From positions 203,033 through 267,032 of IMG/VR virus record IMGVR_UViG_3300037882_001770: 64,000 nucleotides of DNA; one strand, 5' to 3'. The notes beneath the pieces are model-generated. The model saw nothing but the letters and a program-made list of their open reading frames with translations. It ran no database searches and was not told the DNA's origin. A program made the position numbers and the translations under genes. The stretch comes from a virus. Positions 1 to 9,899 of the stretch are shown here, one piece after another. Position 1 is the first letter of the stretch, and every line of letters begins with the position of its first letter.

Positions 1-1
1 T

Positions 2-307
2 TCTGAAACTTCAGTATTAACTGTGGAATTATTAAACAAAACCGACACCGATACTGTCGATGGATTAGATAAGGCAGTTGTAATAGAATCGGTTGATTTT
101 TTTGGAATATCCGATCCAAAATTTTCCTGGGCCGGAATATACAAGCCCGATTACCCCGAACCCTGGGCAAGTCAACAAACAGACTTAAAACCGTTGTTAA
201 AAAGCCACACTTATTTGGGCTGGAATGGTAAGTGGACACTGACATTTGATGTGCCTGTGTTTACATGGGTACACAGGGTGCAAAATCTGGGTTGGATTTA
301 CGGTTGA
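2..307 (+). CDS. Hypothetical protein, 5' truncated; paralog of 57037..57480
   Basis: Frame open from the window edge; C-terminal GWNGKWTLTFDVPVFTW resembles GCNGTLIFKFATPVYSW. Confidence 0.7.
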   Translation, partial: SETSVLTVELLNKTDTDTVDGLDKAVVIESVDFFGISDPKFSWAGIYKPDYPEPWASQQTDLKPLLKSHTYLGWNGKWTLTFDVPVFTWVHRVQNLGWIYG

Positions 308-332
308 CCAGAAATGTCCGATTTGTTATACT
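304..332 (+). promoter_or_regulatory. sigma70-type early promoter
   Basis: TTGACC-N17-TATACT followed by AAGGAG RBS. Confidence 0.85.
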
Positions 333-361
333 AGTTCTATAGTAAACAAAAAGGAGCCGAA

Positions 362-769
362 ATGAAAGACGCAATTATATACGCAGGTTACAGTCGTGAC
401 AAAGCAGGCAAGATGCGTTTCCGTACTGCCACAACCCAAAAGCGTGTTGAACAATTAGAAGCACTAGGTGAAGAAGTTCACATGCGTATCATCAACGATG
501 TTTACAGCAAGTCAGCGGCTGCCAAGGAATTACTCCGTTTGGATCATGCCAATGGTGCCAAAGAGCTTGAAGCATTTTATGCCGCACAAGTTCGTGACGA
601 GAATCCGTTTAAAAAGACCACTAGTTTAGTCAAAGTAAAGGTTCCTACTAAGTTTATGGCACAAATGACAGGTGCCCGCGTTGAAGTAGAAAAAATGAGT
701 GTAAAAGAAGCGGCCCGGATCCGTGCCGAGTTCAATGCAAAGGTCAAAGCGGCTTACGAGGCCAACTAA
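362..769 (+). CDS. Hypothetical early protein
   Basis: 135-aa ORF with strong RBS after promoter. Confidence 0.8.
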   Translation: MKDAIIYAGYSRDKAGKMRFRTATTQKRVEQLEALGEEVHMRIINDVYSKSAAAKELLRLDHANGAKELEAFYAAQVRDENPFKKTTSLVKVKVPTKFMAQMTGARVEVEKMSVKEAARIRAEFNAKVKAAYEAN

Positions 770-770
770 T

Positions 771-914
771 ATGTACGAACTAAGATCATACGGTAATCGT
801 GAGACAGGTGAAGCACACTATCTAGTGGATGGTGTAGAAGTTACCAAGTCTGAATACGATCGTTGCATGGCAGAGTATCAACTGGCCAAATCCAAGGAGG
901 TAGTACAATCATGA
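771..914 (+). CDS. Small hypothetical protein (MYELRSY...)
   Basis: ATG right after the upstream stop; stop overlaps next ATG. Confidence 0.6.
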   Translation: MYELRSYGNRETGEAHYLVDGVEVTKSEYDRCMAEYQLAKSKEVVQS

Positions 915-1183
915 ATCTAACGCAAATCAAAGCAGAAATTTTAACCGGCGGGTTTGACAATGCCGAACTTCGAGAACTAATCGAAACTGTGCAGTATGCT
1001 CGAGCTCAACTTGGTAAAGACATCAAGCGACAATTGGCACCCGGTGCAAGTGTCAGTTTTGTTAGTAATCGTTCAGGACAACGGGTGTTAGGCACTGTGG
1101 AACGGGTGGCCATCAAGAATATTGTGGTGCGCACTCACTTGGGCCTGTATCGTGTGCCGGCCAACATGATTGAGGTGGTATAA
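911..1183 (+). CDS. Hypothetical protein (SH3-like C-terminus possible)
   Basis: AAGGAGG RBS before ATG 911; ATGA coupling. Confidence 0.75.
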   Translation: MNLTQIKAEILTGGFDNAELRELIETVQYARAQLGKDIKRQLAPGASVSFVSNRSGQRVLGTVERVAIKNIVVRTHLGLYRVPANMIEVV

Positions 1184-1362
1184 TGACAAATCCGATCCCA
1201 ACTAGCGGTCTTTGGATGACACCAGCAGACATGGATCACTTGACCAGACTCCTAAACGAGTCGGGCACCAAAGAGGAACAGCGAATGGCCTGGTATGGTG
1301 CCATGTTGGCCCTAAATCTAGCCCATATGCTACACGAAAAAAGCCTAGCAGATGTGGCATAA
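1183..1362 (+). CDS. Small hypothetical protein, 59 aa (not in ORF track)
   Basis: MTNPIPTSGLW...ADVA*; GAGG RBS, TAATG coupling. Confidence 0.65.
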   Translation: MTNPIPTSGLWMTPADMDHLTRLLNESGTKEEQRMAWYGAMLALNLAHMLHEKSLADVA

Positions 1363-1374
1363 AAACAACACTCT

Positions 1375-1399
1375 AAACCCCGTTTTAGCGGGGTTTTTT
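1375..1399 (+). terminator. Intrinsic terminator
   Basis: AAACCCCG-ttttag-CGGGGTTT plus T run. Confidence 0.85.
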
Positions 1400-1416
1400 G
1401 TGGGTTGTCCAAACGG

Positions 1417-1445
1417 TTGACCCAAAATGATACCTGCGCTATAAT
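1417..1445 (+). promoter_or_regulatory. sigma70-type early promoter
   Basis: TTGACC-N17-TATAAT. Confidence 0.9.
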
Positions 1446-1475
1446 GTATGTATAGTGAAAATAAAGGAGCAGAAA

Positions 1476-1757
1476 ATGGTTGGATTAACAGTAGTGGATG
1501 GTGACGTGATCCGTGCATACGACTTCAAGCCCATGGTAGGTCGTGACGACTGCTTTATTGAAGGTCGTGTGATTGATGCTCACAGCACCGAACAAGGGTA
1601 TCAGGCCTACAAGATCCTGGTTACTAAAGATCATTTTGGTAACGATCGTGTTTCAACCCAAGCCGGTCCGGACAACCGTGTTGGTATCGAAATGTTTGTT
1701 CCGTGGAGAACCAGCTTTATGGAATTCCAAGGCCGCGTAATCAACTTGTCAAGATAA
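1476..1757 (+). CDS. Hypothetical phage protein
   Basis: AAGGAG RBS before ATG 1476. Confidence 0.75.
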   Translation: MVGLTVVDGDVIRAYDFKPMVGRDDCFIEGRVIDAHSTEQGYQAYKILVTKDHFGNDRVSTQAGPDNRVGIEMFVPWRTSFMEFQGRVINLSR

Positions 1758-1766
1758 GGAGCAGGT

Positions 1767-1943
1767 ATGAAGACCACAGTAGACTTGATTCGAATTGCCG
1801 ACAGGATTGCTGACTTGACCGCAGACGAGCGAGTTAGGTTAGGTCGTATTCTAGTAGATCAATACAGCCAAGACGCTTGTGATTTAAAAGATGGCATCGA
1901 AGACGGATTTATTCAGTTAGAAAAAGAACTGGGGTTAGTATGA
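1767..1943 (+). CDS. Small hypothetical protein, 58 aa (not in ORF track)
   Basis: TAAGGAG RBS; MKTTVDLIRIAD...ELGLV*; stop overlaps next ATG. Confidence 0.7.
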   Translation: MKTTVDLIRIADRIADLTADERVRLGRILVDQYSQDACDLKDGIEDGFIQLEKELGLV

Positions 1944-2272
1944 AATTTACAAATACCGCCAACGCCAATATGACCAGTCTCAAAGGTGAGTTTCCGATTA
2001 CCTACGCAGAACTTGTTGAGATCTTTGGTCGGCCTAAATATGGACCAAATGCTGACCTGGACAAGACCACTTGTGAATGGGCACTCACTTTTGAAGATGG
2101 TATTATTGCTACCATTTACGATTATAAAACCGACCGAACACCAATGGGTTTATACGAGTGGCACATCGGTGGGCACGATGCACTAGCCTATACTCATGTA
2201 GTGGATACCATTGTCCTACACCGCGATCGCTTGGTTAGAATGATTCGTAACTACTTGCCGGATGCAGTATGA
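1940..2272 (+). CDS. Hypothetical phage protein
   Basis: Coupled ORF; ATIYDYK...WHIGG motif typical of phage early proteins. Confidence 0.75.
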   Translation: MKFTNTANANMTSLKGEFPITYAELVEIFGRPKYGPNADLDKTTCEWALTFEDGIIATIYDYKTDRTPMGLYEWHIGGHDALAYTHVVDTIVLHRDRLVRMIRNYLPDAV

Positions 2273-2646
2273 AAGCATTTCAAGAGACAACCGAATGGGA
2301 CACAGATTTTGTGATGCCTAACCATGTTTATTTTTTAAGCGACTCAAAAGATAAAATGTATGGCTATGTACAGGCTGGTACCGGTCTTGTACAGGCCATA
2401 AGCAAGCCGTATCGGTTCAAAGCTGGCGGCCGCAAGTTTAAAGAAGTAGAAAATCGTTGGAACTTTAGAATTGCTGAAGATGAAACTGAAGCGGAAGCTA
2501 CAGGTAAACAGTATCAGGTTCCGGGTAGCAAGGGTGCAGTCTATATAGTGACCGATGATTTGGGTACTTGGTCATGTACCTGTCCGGCATCAAAGTGGCA
2601 AAAAGGCGAGTGTAAGCATATCAAGAGCTTAAACACCAAATCTTGA
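2269..2646 (+). CDS. SWIM zinc-finger protein
   Basis: WSCTCP...CKHI (CxC-xn-CxH). Confidence 0.75.
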   Translation: MKAFQETTEWDTDFVMPNHVYFLSDSKDKMYGYVQAGTGLVQAISKPYRFKAGGRKFKEVENRWNFRIAEDETEAEATGKQYQVPGSKGAVYIVTDDLGTWSCTCPASKWQKGECKHIKSLNTKS

Positions 2647-3315
2647 TCTCAAAAAGTAATAATTTCTCTGTATCTGTTCTTGATTAAGCTGATCAGTATA
2701 TAAAAGCATGTTGGCCACGTAGCCGAATGGTTGTCCTGGAATTTGACCTGTATAGTCGTGAGCATTACCAGCCACTGTTCGAACTGTGGTTCCTACCTGT
2801 TCACCGTTGATGTAAAATGTTTGTCCTGAGCTGTTGCCGGTTACTGCCCACTGAACCCAGACGTTGGCTAGAGCACTTACATCGTTGTATCCTGAGGGAT
2901 AAAATGCACTTGTACCATTGTCATACATGCCCAGGCGATTAGAACCAATTTCAATTATGATAGCGTGGTCATCTGGATTGGATCTAAACAAGGTTCTCCA
3001 ACTGGTAGTACTAGCGATCATTCTTGCCCACACAATATAAGTAAATCCTGTTGTAGGAAGAGTAGGAGTGGCACTAGCGGCTCGAATGTTATAGGTGTTG
3101 GTACAATCCCAACACTTAACTCCCGACAATACTGTATAGGCAGCAGCATTGGATAAATTTTGTGTGCGACCGTTCCCTGACAGATCTGTAATTGTAGTGC
3201 CTGATCCGGGATAACTGGCAACATTGTCGGCGTCAATCCATATGGCCATATTGTCGGCTGTAATACCAGCATCGAATATTTGTGTTCCGCGGAGTGTTAC
3301 ACCTGATATGATCAT
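2629..3315 (-). CDS. LamG/concanavalin-A-like domain virion protein
   Basis: DADNVASYPGSG...DLSGNG...FYING...IQRNY motif; ATG 3315 overlaps stop of upstream gene. Confidence 0.75.
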   Translation of the reverse strand: MIISGVTLRGTQIFDAGITADNMAIWIDADNVASYPGSGTTITDLSGNGRTQNLSNAAAYTVLSGVKCWDCTNTYNIRAASATPTLPTTGFTYIVWARMIASTTSWRTLFRSNPDDHAIIIEIGSNRLGMYDNGTSAFYPSGYNDVSALANVWVQWAVTGNSSGQTFYINGEQVGTTVRTVAGNAHDYTGQIPGQPFGYVANMLLYTDQLNQEQIQRNYYFLRSRFGV

Positions 3316-6300
3316 ACCAATCTTTCGATAGTGATCATATTGTTGTTGTAGTCGGTACCAACGATCAACGATATTCTCCAAGAAATAGCATTGGCTGTGT
3401 CCATGATTACCCAGGTGTCTGTGGCTCCTGCTGTAGCAAAATTGATGTTAGCGTCTAGATACGTAGGAGTCGTAGTAATGCTCACCGGTGTTTGCCCGGT
3501 GATAGTTGTGCTACTGACACTGTTTTCAACCCGAGTGTCGCTGCCAAACACGCTGTATGTTCCTGTTACAGTTGACAGTTGTAAGCTCACGTTACCGGTG
3601 GCTGGTATTCTGGCTTTTAGATTGTCCAAGGTGACATCAACTCCACGATTGACCAAACCGCTGGCTTTGAACTGTAGTTCACCGCCTACACCCGCAGGTG
3701 CTTTGGACAAATCGATGTACACGCCTCTAGTATTACCACCGCTTTCAAAAAATCTAAGTTTATCAACATATTGATCAACAACAACAGTGTTACCCGACAA
3801 TGTGCTGTTGGCTGCTTGAGTAAAAGAAATTTCTCCGCCTTCATTACCGCTACTGCCTGTTGGCAATGTTAGCATACCGGTGTTGTCAAACACATAAGAA
3901 TAACTACCAGCAACCAATGTGACATTTGGTTGTGTGCCTATCACATTGCCAGTGATATTGATGTTGCCAACAAAGTTAGCGGCTGTAATGTTACCAGTGG
4001 CAGTGATAGAATTGCCCACTGCGATGTTTTCTACAGTGAGTCGATTCTGTGCAGGATTGTAGGTGATATTGGCTGTGCCATCAGCAGCCTTGATGCCAAG
4101 ATTGCCGGTGTTGGCCACCAGCAGGGCTGGCACATATTCTTGATTTAACAACACGCTCGACACTGTAACAGTGTTGGCCAAGGTAGCTTCGGACACAGCA
4201 CCTGTGACATTGGCACCGATGATGGAAGTCAATGTGGAACCATTACCGACGAAGTAGTTGCCGGTGATGTTGCCAAGCACGCTGAAGGGAACGTTTTGTA
4301 CCTTTACGAGCACGTTACTCACTAGAAGATTGTTGTTGCCACCGGCACCAATGTTTACAGTATTGCCAGGACTCGGTGCAAAGATATTTGTAACCGTTAG
4401 GTTTGTAGTGTCAACATTGAGTATATCTCCTGTTGTTCCTTGAATGTTACCGACAAAATTAGCGGCTGTGATGTTGCCAGAGAATGTAGCACCTGCTCCA
4501 TTAATGTTGCCTGACGCTGTGATATTGCCTGTGGCGCCCACAGTCGAAATTGAGCTAAATCCTGACAGACTCGGAGCAGGACTTGCACCTGATCCTACCA
4601 AACTACCAGTAAGAACAATATTGCCTGTGGCAATCAAGTTGCTAGCAGTGACATTGCCAATAGCACTGATATCGCCGGGAGCAGAAAGATCTCCGCTGGT
4701 GTCAAACGTCCAGCTCTCTGTGTTGGCAGTTATGACCGCATTAGATTGTGTGAATATCAATCCAAAGTCCGGATTCAAAGAAATGTTTCCATAGTCAGCA
4801 TTGATATTTCTAGCTGTTACAGCCAAGCCTTCAATGGACTGGGTTGTGGTAATGTTGCCCGGAGCAGTCAAGTTGCCAGTGGTGTCAAATGTCCAGCCTG
4901 TGTTTCCAGCATCAGTGTATACGGATACATTGGAGTTAGCATAGATCTCAGCATCACCAGTGTTGTTCAAAAACAAGCCAGTAGCATCACTGGCACCAGC
5001 ACTGAATCTCACTCCAGTGTTGCCCGCGGGCAGTATTTGGCTATTGCCCGGCAATGTAAGGGTGCCATTGTTATCAAACAACCATGACTGAGTGTTGGCA
5101 GTGATAGCAACGTTGCCGGCTGATGGTCCTACAATATCATTGGTATAGACATTGCCTGATACGTTGAGATTGATAGGAACTGAAAGATCTCCAAACTGAC
5201 TGAAAGTAAAAGTATACGTGGCAGTGCCAGTGTTGGAAGTATTGATAGTGAAGTCGTTGTCTAGGCCGCCGTATATGGATGCTTGACTTCTAGGGAAAAT
5301 CAAGGTACCGGTGTTGTCAAACACCCATTCATAAGTAGGAGCACCGATGGATAATGACCCGGCACCGATCTCCACGTTGCCGGCATCGTTGTGCAGGCGT
5401 GTGTCGGTAACGTTGGCTGTGTCATTGGTAGGCAGTTGCAAGAATGCCCAACCTTCTGGGTCAGGGCTGATGTTGATCAGTGTGTCTGTGGCCCCATTGG
5501 CTATACTTATTTCTGTACCATAGATTGCAAGGTTACCAATGTTGGCTTCGCCGGTGTTGCTGGTTACAACAACATCATCACCGTTGACTGTGAGTATATT
5601 GCCAGCAGTTAAACTTATTGGTACATTGTTCATGTAAATGGTAGCGTTTGATATGTACAAATCGTTCCATTGATTCGTACTATTACCCAAACTATATGTG
5701 TTTGAAGTAGCCGGAATAATGTTTCCGGCCCAACCCACTTGTCCATATGCTACTGCATTGGCATTGGCATAGTTTGAAACCCCAGTAAGTTGACTACCAT
5801 CACCAATGAAATATCCGCCTGGACTTGCTACAATATTGGCAAAACTAGTGATTTCACCAACAGCATTTATTTCTCCACTTATTCCAATATTTCCGCCAGC
5901 AATATTTCCAGAATATGTTGGCAAATATACAGCAACATTGCTATTACCGTACATACCAGTGAGCTGACTACCATTACCTATAAAGTATGCGGCTGTAATA
6001 TTTCCCGACGCACCGACAGTTTCGGACAAGATATCACCGTGGACCTCTAGGCCATCTTCGATGTTTACAAAAGTAGAATCATCTGAACTGATATTGTTAA
6101 CTATGAGATTGTTGACTGCAATATCTGGAGTTTCTAGGCCAATGTTCATTGTCCATGTGTTTGAACTTGCACTGTACAGCATTATGGCTATGTTATCATT
6201 GGCGCCCACTGTGATACCTGACCCATTGGCCGCATTAGCGGTGCTGGCTGTGTTGGCCAGCTGTATAGTTTTGGCATCGGTGATCAAGTTACCAATTTGT

Positions 6301-6692
6301 ATGGTATTACCGGTCACTGTTAGGTTGCCGCTGACACTCAGATCAGCTACACTAAATGTTCCTGCGAGATCTAAGTTTCCAGAAATGTTAGCATATTGTA
6401 TGTACAACGAACTCCAGCGTTGTGTGCCGGATCCCAAGTTACGAATATTTGATGTGTTCGGAACAATGCTGACATTTGATTGTACTACTCCAATACCGTT
6501 GGGAGCCAAGACCAAGTTTCCATTGGTGTTAGTGGTCAAGATGGTATTGTTGGCAATTTGCACGTTGCTCAATACTGGACCAGCAGCGAAAATCTGATTG
6601 AAATTCAGGTTAGTTTCGTTAAACGCGGTTCTTAAAGGGTCGCCAGTACCATCATTTGGTAGTGCGCCGATGTTGATTACATACTGTGTCAT
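3312..6692 (-). CDS. Long tail fibre / baseplate-attached fibre protein
   Basis: N-terminal INIGALPNDGTGDPLRTAF anchor (T4 gp9/gp10-like); G/N/T-rich repeats and recurring W.FDNTG.L motif. Confidence 0.75.
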   Translation of the reverse strand: MTQYVINIGALPNDGTGDPLRTAFNETNLNFNQIFAAGPVLSNVQIANNTILTTNTNGNLVLAPNGIGVVQSNVSIVPNTSNIRNLGSGTQRWSSLYIQYANISGNLDLAGTFSVADLSVSGNLTVTGNTIQIGNLITDAKTIQLANTASTANAANGSGITVGANDNIAIMLYSASSNTWTMNIGLETPDIAVNNLIVNNISSDDSTFVNIEDGLEVHGDILSETVGASGNITAAYFIGNGSQLTGMYGNSNVAVYLPTYSGNIAGGNIGISGEINAVGEITSFANIVASPGGYFIGDGSQLTGVSNYANANAVAYGQVGWAGNIIPATSNTYSLGNSTNQWNDLYISNATIYMNNVPISLTAGNILTVNGDDVVVTSNTGEANIGNLAIYGTEISIANGATDTLINISPDPEGWAFLQLPTNDTANVTDTRLHNDAGNVEIGAGSLSIGAPTYEWVFDNTGTLIFPRSQASIYGGLDNDFTINTSNTGTATYTFTFSQFGDLSVPINLNVSGNVYTNDIVGPSAGNVAITANTQSWLFDNNGTLTLPGNSQILPAGNTGVRFSAGASDATGLFLNNTGDAEIYANSNVSVYTDAGNTGWTFDTTGNLTAPGNITTTQSIEGLAVTARNINADYGNISLNPDFGLIFTQSNAVITANTESWTFDTSGDLSAPGDISAIGNVTASNLIATGNIVLTGSLVGSGASPAPSLSGFSSISTVGATGNITASGNINGAGATFSGNITAANFVGNIQGTTGDILNVDTTNLTVTNIFAPSPGNTVNIGAGGNNNLLVSNVLVKVQNVPFSVLGNITGNYFVGNGSTLTSIIGANVTGAVSEATLANTVTVSSVLLNQEYVPALLVANTGNLGIKAADGTANITYNPAQNRLTVENIAVGNSITATGNITAANFVGNINITGNVIGTQPNVTLVAGSYSYVFDNTGMLTLPTGSSGNEGGEISFTQAANSTLSGNTVVVDQYVDKLRFFESGGNTRGVYIDLSKAPAGVGGELQFKASGLVNRGVDVTLDNLKARIPATGNVSLQLSTVTGTYSVFGSDTRVENSVSSTTITGQTPVSITTTPTYLDANINFATAGATDTWVIMDTANAISWRISLIVGTDYNNNMITIERLV

Positions 6693-6714
6693 GGGTGGAG
6701 TTAGCCTTTTTTAT

Positions 6715-6720
6715 TATTTA
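6715..6720 (-). promoter_or_regulatory. Late promoter motif TAAATA
   Basis: TAAATA 22 nt upstream of fibre ATG; same hexamer precedes other structural genes. Confidence 0.65.
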
Positions 6721-6826
6721 TGGTTAAATGCTTAACCTAAAGGCGTTGCGCATCGTGCAACTTAGTGCTATACTAGTCCTATGCTGTTGTTAAACAGCGT
6801 TTAACAAAGAAAGGTAATTTTTACAA

Positions 6827-7090
6827 ATGAAACATTTTAATCCAGAAACCAAGACGTTTAAAGTATTTACTGCATTGCAGTCCGGCAAAGCATTGACAGC
6901 TAGCCAAGCATCCAAGATGGGTGTTAAGAACTTGTCAGCAGAAGTAAGCCGTATCCGTTCAAACGGTTTTGCAGTTTACACCAACAGCCGCAAAGCTGGC
7001 AACGGTGTTCAAGTAACCGAATACGTGTTGGGTAAACCAAGCCGTAAATTGGTAGCCGCTGGCTATCGCGCTCTTGCATTAGGTATCTAA
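6827..7090 (+). CDS. Small winged-helix/HTH DNA-binding protein
   Basis: LQSGKALTASQASKMGVKNLSAEVSRIRSNG pattern; TTGCGC-N17-TATACT promoter at 6746-6774. Confidence 0.65.
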   Translation: MKHFNPETKTFKVFTALQSGKALTASQASKMGVKNLSAEVSRIRSNGFAVYTNSRKAGNGVQVTEYVLGKPSRKLVAAGYRALALGI

Positions 7091-7129
7091 TACCTCAACG
7101 CTGTCCGATTCAGACCGGACACTGAGCCC

Positions 7130-7155
7130 AAACCCCGTGCAATGCGGGGTTTTTT
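7130..7155 (+). terminator. Intrinsic terminator
   Basis: AACCCCG-tgcaatg-CGGGGTT plus T run. Confidence 0.85.
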
Positions 7156-7172
7156 CTTGACTAAAATACCGT

Positions 7173-7201
7173 TTGACCAATAAATCCATTTCAAGTATAA
7201 T
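7173..7201 (+). promoter_or_regulatory. sigma70-type early promoter
   Basis: TTGACC-N17-TATAAT. Confidence 0.9.
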
Positions 7202-7230
7202 AATAGTATATTAATAAGTAAGGATGTGCC

Positions 7231-7743
7231 ATGCCAAATTGGTGTTCAAATCGTGCTACTATCGCCGGTCCTGCTCCGATAATTGCCGAAATTACAGAAA
7301 TCCTAAATCGAGACGACACTCCACTACTAAACTGGATGATGCCAGAACCCAAACACAACGAAGGTTGGTATGACTGGCGTGTAAACAATTGGGGTACCAA
7401 GTGGGATATCTGTGATGTTTACTTTGAAAACCAACCCGAAGAAGATTCAATAGAATTTTCGTTTTGTAGTGCATGGGCTCCGCCCACAGAAGCATTTCGA
7501 GTATGGGCAGAATCAGATGGACGAGTTGAGTTTAAACTGGAATATTGGGAACCTGGAATTGGATTTGTAGGATCGGCCGTCTATGATGGCGACTGCTACT
7601 TTGAAGATTATGTAGACTGCAATCAAGATGAAAAAGAGTACAAGCGTATTGCCAGTGATGTTTGGGGGTATGAAGAATACGAAGAACCCGAGCCACTTAC
7701 CGAGTGGTACAAAGACGGCATCAAAGAAAAAGGACTAAAGTAA
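7231..7743 (+). CDS. Api92/YubB (DUF1281)-like ferredoxin-fold protein
   Basis: MPNWCSN...WYDWRVNNWGTKWD...SAWAPP signature. Confidence 0.7.
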   Translation: MPNWCSNRATIAGPAPIIAEITEILNRDDTPLLNWMMPEPKHNEGWYDWRVNNWGTKWDICDVYFENQPEEDSIEFSFCSAWAPPTEAFRVWAESDGRVEFKLEYWEPGIGFVGSAVYDGDCYFEDYVDCNQDEKEYKRIASDVWGYEEYEEPEPLTEWYKDGIKEKGLK

Positions 7744-8120
7744 TGGAACTTTCAGATATTGTTGTAAACATTTTAATTGGTATCGGCATTGGATTTGGTA
7801 TGATTGTTGCGTATGCCTGGTATCTGTATCGAGGTCTAAAGGCCCGTGTGGATCAAATGATTGCAGAAGTCATTGCCGAAGCCGAAGCCAGCATGGTTGG
7901 CCTCGACATCGAAGTTGACAATGGTGTGTATTTTTGCTATAATAGCAAAGATAAACAGTTTGTTTGTCAAGGATCCACAGTAGAAGAAATTCGCGAAGGA
8001 TTCCGTCGACAATTTCCGAACAAGACAGCATACTTGGCTGGAGGAGATCCGGCAGTGATGGAACAAATTAAAATAGAATTATTAAAGATAGCACCCAATG
8101 AAAATAGCCCTAGCGTCTGA
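7743..8120 (+). CDS. Membrane-anchored hypothetical protein
   Basis: N-terminal hydrophobic helix; TAATG coupling. Confidence 0.7.
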   Translation: MELSDIVVNILIGIGIGFGMIVAYAWYLYRGLKARVDQMIAEVIAEAEASMVGLDIEVDNGVYFCYNSKDKQFVCQGSTVEEIREGFRRQFPNKTAYLAGGDPAVMEQIKIELLKIAPNENSPSV

Positions 8121-9021
8121 CATACATTTAGAATTTGGACCCATTGTCTTAGACAATACCCAATCGGCTGAAGTGTTGATCTTGGCTGGCGACATCTGTG
8201 TGGCACAGCATTTTGCTGATCGTAATCCCACCTATGTCAAACACCTGGCCGGTGAGTATCGAGATTTCTTTGATCATGTGACCCAGCAATTTCCGCATGT
8301 GATCTATATCTTGGGCAATCACGAACACTACTCGGGTGATGTGGCTCACAGCTACAATATTCTTAAACACCACTTAAATTATCCCAATCTGCACATTCTT
8401 GAAAAAGAAACCTGGGTACATCAAGGCTATACCTTCGTCGGCGGAACTCTTTGGACTGACATGGACAGTGAAAACGCTGTGGCCATGAGCTATGCACGCT
8501 CGGCCATGACCGACTTTCGCGAAATACTCAACAGCAACAGAATGGTGGTGCGTAATGTGCCCATTTATGAACGCAACCCGCTCTGGACCGAAGACGGCAA
8601 AAATGGTGGGCAGTATGTTAAAAATGAAGACGGATCATTGATTCGTACCGGTTATAAAAGCCGTGAGGAGCCAGCTAGATGGACACCAGAAGATTCAGTT
8701 GCGGATCACAAACGGATGCTGGACTACATTGACTTGGTTACTCGTGCGCCCGGACAATATGTTGTGGTAGGTCACCACTGCCCGAGTGAGTCGAGTGTAG
8801 CTGAGTGTTATAAGGGTAATCTGCTGAATGCGGCATTTCGTAGTCGCCTGGATGACTTTATTGAGCAACGCCCACAGATTCAACTTTGGTTGCATGGACA
8901 CACCCATTTTAATTTCAATTATTGGATTGGTGAAACTCGGGTGGTGTGCAATCCCAGAGGCTATGTGGGTCATGAATCAATTGCCAACTTTTTCCAATTG
9001 CAGTATATAGATCTAGCTTGA
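8098..9021 (+). CDS. Calcineurin-like metallophosphoesterase
   Basis: SDIHLE, LAGDI, GNHEHY, HHCP, HGHTH, NPRGY motifs. Confidence 0.9.
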   Translation: MKIALASDIHLEFGPIVLDNTQSAEVLILAGDICVAQHFADRNPTYVKHLAGEYRDFFDHVTQQFPHVIYILGNHEHYSGDVAHSYNILKHHLNYPNLHILEKETWVHQGYTFVGGTLWTDMDSENAVAMSYARSAMTDFREILNSNRMVVRNVPIYERNPLWTEDGKNGGQYVKNEDGSLIRTGYKSREEPARWTPEDSVADHKRMLDYIDLVTRAPGQYVVVGHHCPSESSVAECYKGNLLNAAFRSRLDDFIEQRPQIQLWLHGHTHFNFNYWIGETRVVCNPRGYVGHESIANFFQLQYIDLA

Positions 9022-9046
9022 CCTGTAATGGGCAATCCTGTATAAT
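9018..9046 (+). promoter_or_regulatory. sigma70-type early promoter (leaderless start likely)
   Basis: TTGACC-N17-TATAAT, ATG 6 nt downstream, no RBS. Confidence 0.8.
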
Positions 9047-9052
9047 GTTACT

Positions 9053-9250
9053 ATGACTACAGAACAAGAATTCCGCGCCATTGCCGATCAACTGGTCACC
9101 AGCTTAGTTGGAAAGAACATGGTTGATGCCTGGTGGGCCAGCCCCAATCGGGCCTTTGATGACCGCACACCCGAAGCACAGTGGGCCCAAGGGTCGGATC
9201 AGGTAGTCAATTATCTAATGCATTATGCATTCGCCGGGGGAGGCAGTTAA
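9053..9250 (+). CDS. Xre/MbcA/ParS antitoxin C-terminal-domain-like protein
   Basis: DAWWASPNRAFDDRTP resembles the W..P..AL.G..P motif of DUF2384. Confidence 0.55.
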   Translation: MTTEQEFRAIADQLVTSLVGKNMVDAWWASPNRAFDDRTPEAQWAQGSDQVVNYLMHYAFAGGGS

Positions 9251-9474
9251 TGAACGAGCGGATTCGACAACTTGCTGAACAGGCTACCACTTACATTGAG
9301 CTAGTACCGGGACATAGTGGTGAAGGGTGGATCTTTGACAAAGAAAAGTTCGCCCAGTTGATTGTGGAAGAATGTGCTCGTGCTTGCTTGGCTGCTACTG
9401 AACCAGGTTCCTCTGTGCATCTAGTATCAGTGGCCTATGCTGACGCAGTCCGAGGACATTTTGGAGTTGAATGA
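9250..9474 (+). CDS. MNERI...FAQLIV.EC...HFGVE family protein, copy 1
   Basis: Paralogous to 10275 and 12237 genes. Confidence 0.8.
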   Translation: MNERIRQLAEQATTYIELVPGHSGEGWIFDKEKFAQLIVEECARACLAATEPGSSVHLVSVAYADAVRGHFGVE

Positions 9475-9899
9475 TGAGAGCAAGTAATCCAATCGAAACC
9501 TTGTCCCATTGTATGGCGCATGCTGTATATGAAGGGTTTCCTGAATTTGAGTACCAAGACCGTGATTGGTCGCAAGGTTATCAACCAGGAGTTGAACCAA
9601 CATATATCACGAAGAAACGCAAACACATTGCGTATGATGTGACTGTATATGCCATGTTTCCACAAACGTGGGGTTCTACCGCATTGGGCTTTGGTGGTCT
9701 TGGTGGACAAGCAATCACTGATGCATACACTGTGGTATTAGAATCTCACCAAGGTGGAGGATATTGCGTATACTTTGGTGGTCGTTTTGCATATAGAATT
9801 AAACGACCATATGGCAAATTTTGGGATGATATTCAGACACAAAGTTTGAATGGTGTTGCTGGTGCCAAGAAAATGTATGAAAGTGCAGTTGAAGAATGA
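9471..9899 (+). CDS. Hypothetical phage protein
   Basis: Coupled ORF; FPQTWGSTALGFGG motif. Confidence 0.75.
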   Translation: MMRASNPIETLSHCMAHAVYEGFPEFEYQDRDWSQGYQPGVEPTYITKKRKHIAYDVTVYAMFPQTWGSTALGFGGLGGQAITDAYTVVLESHQGGGYCVYFGGRFAYRIKRPYGKFWDDIQTQSLNGVAGAKKMYESAVEE

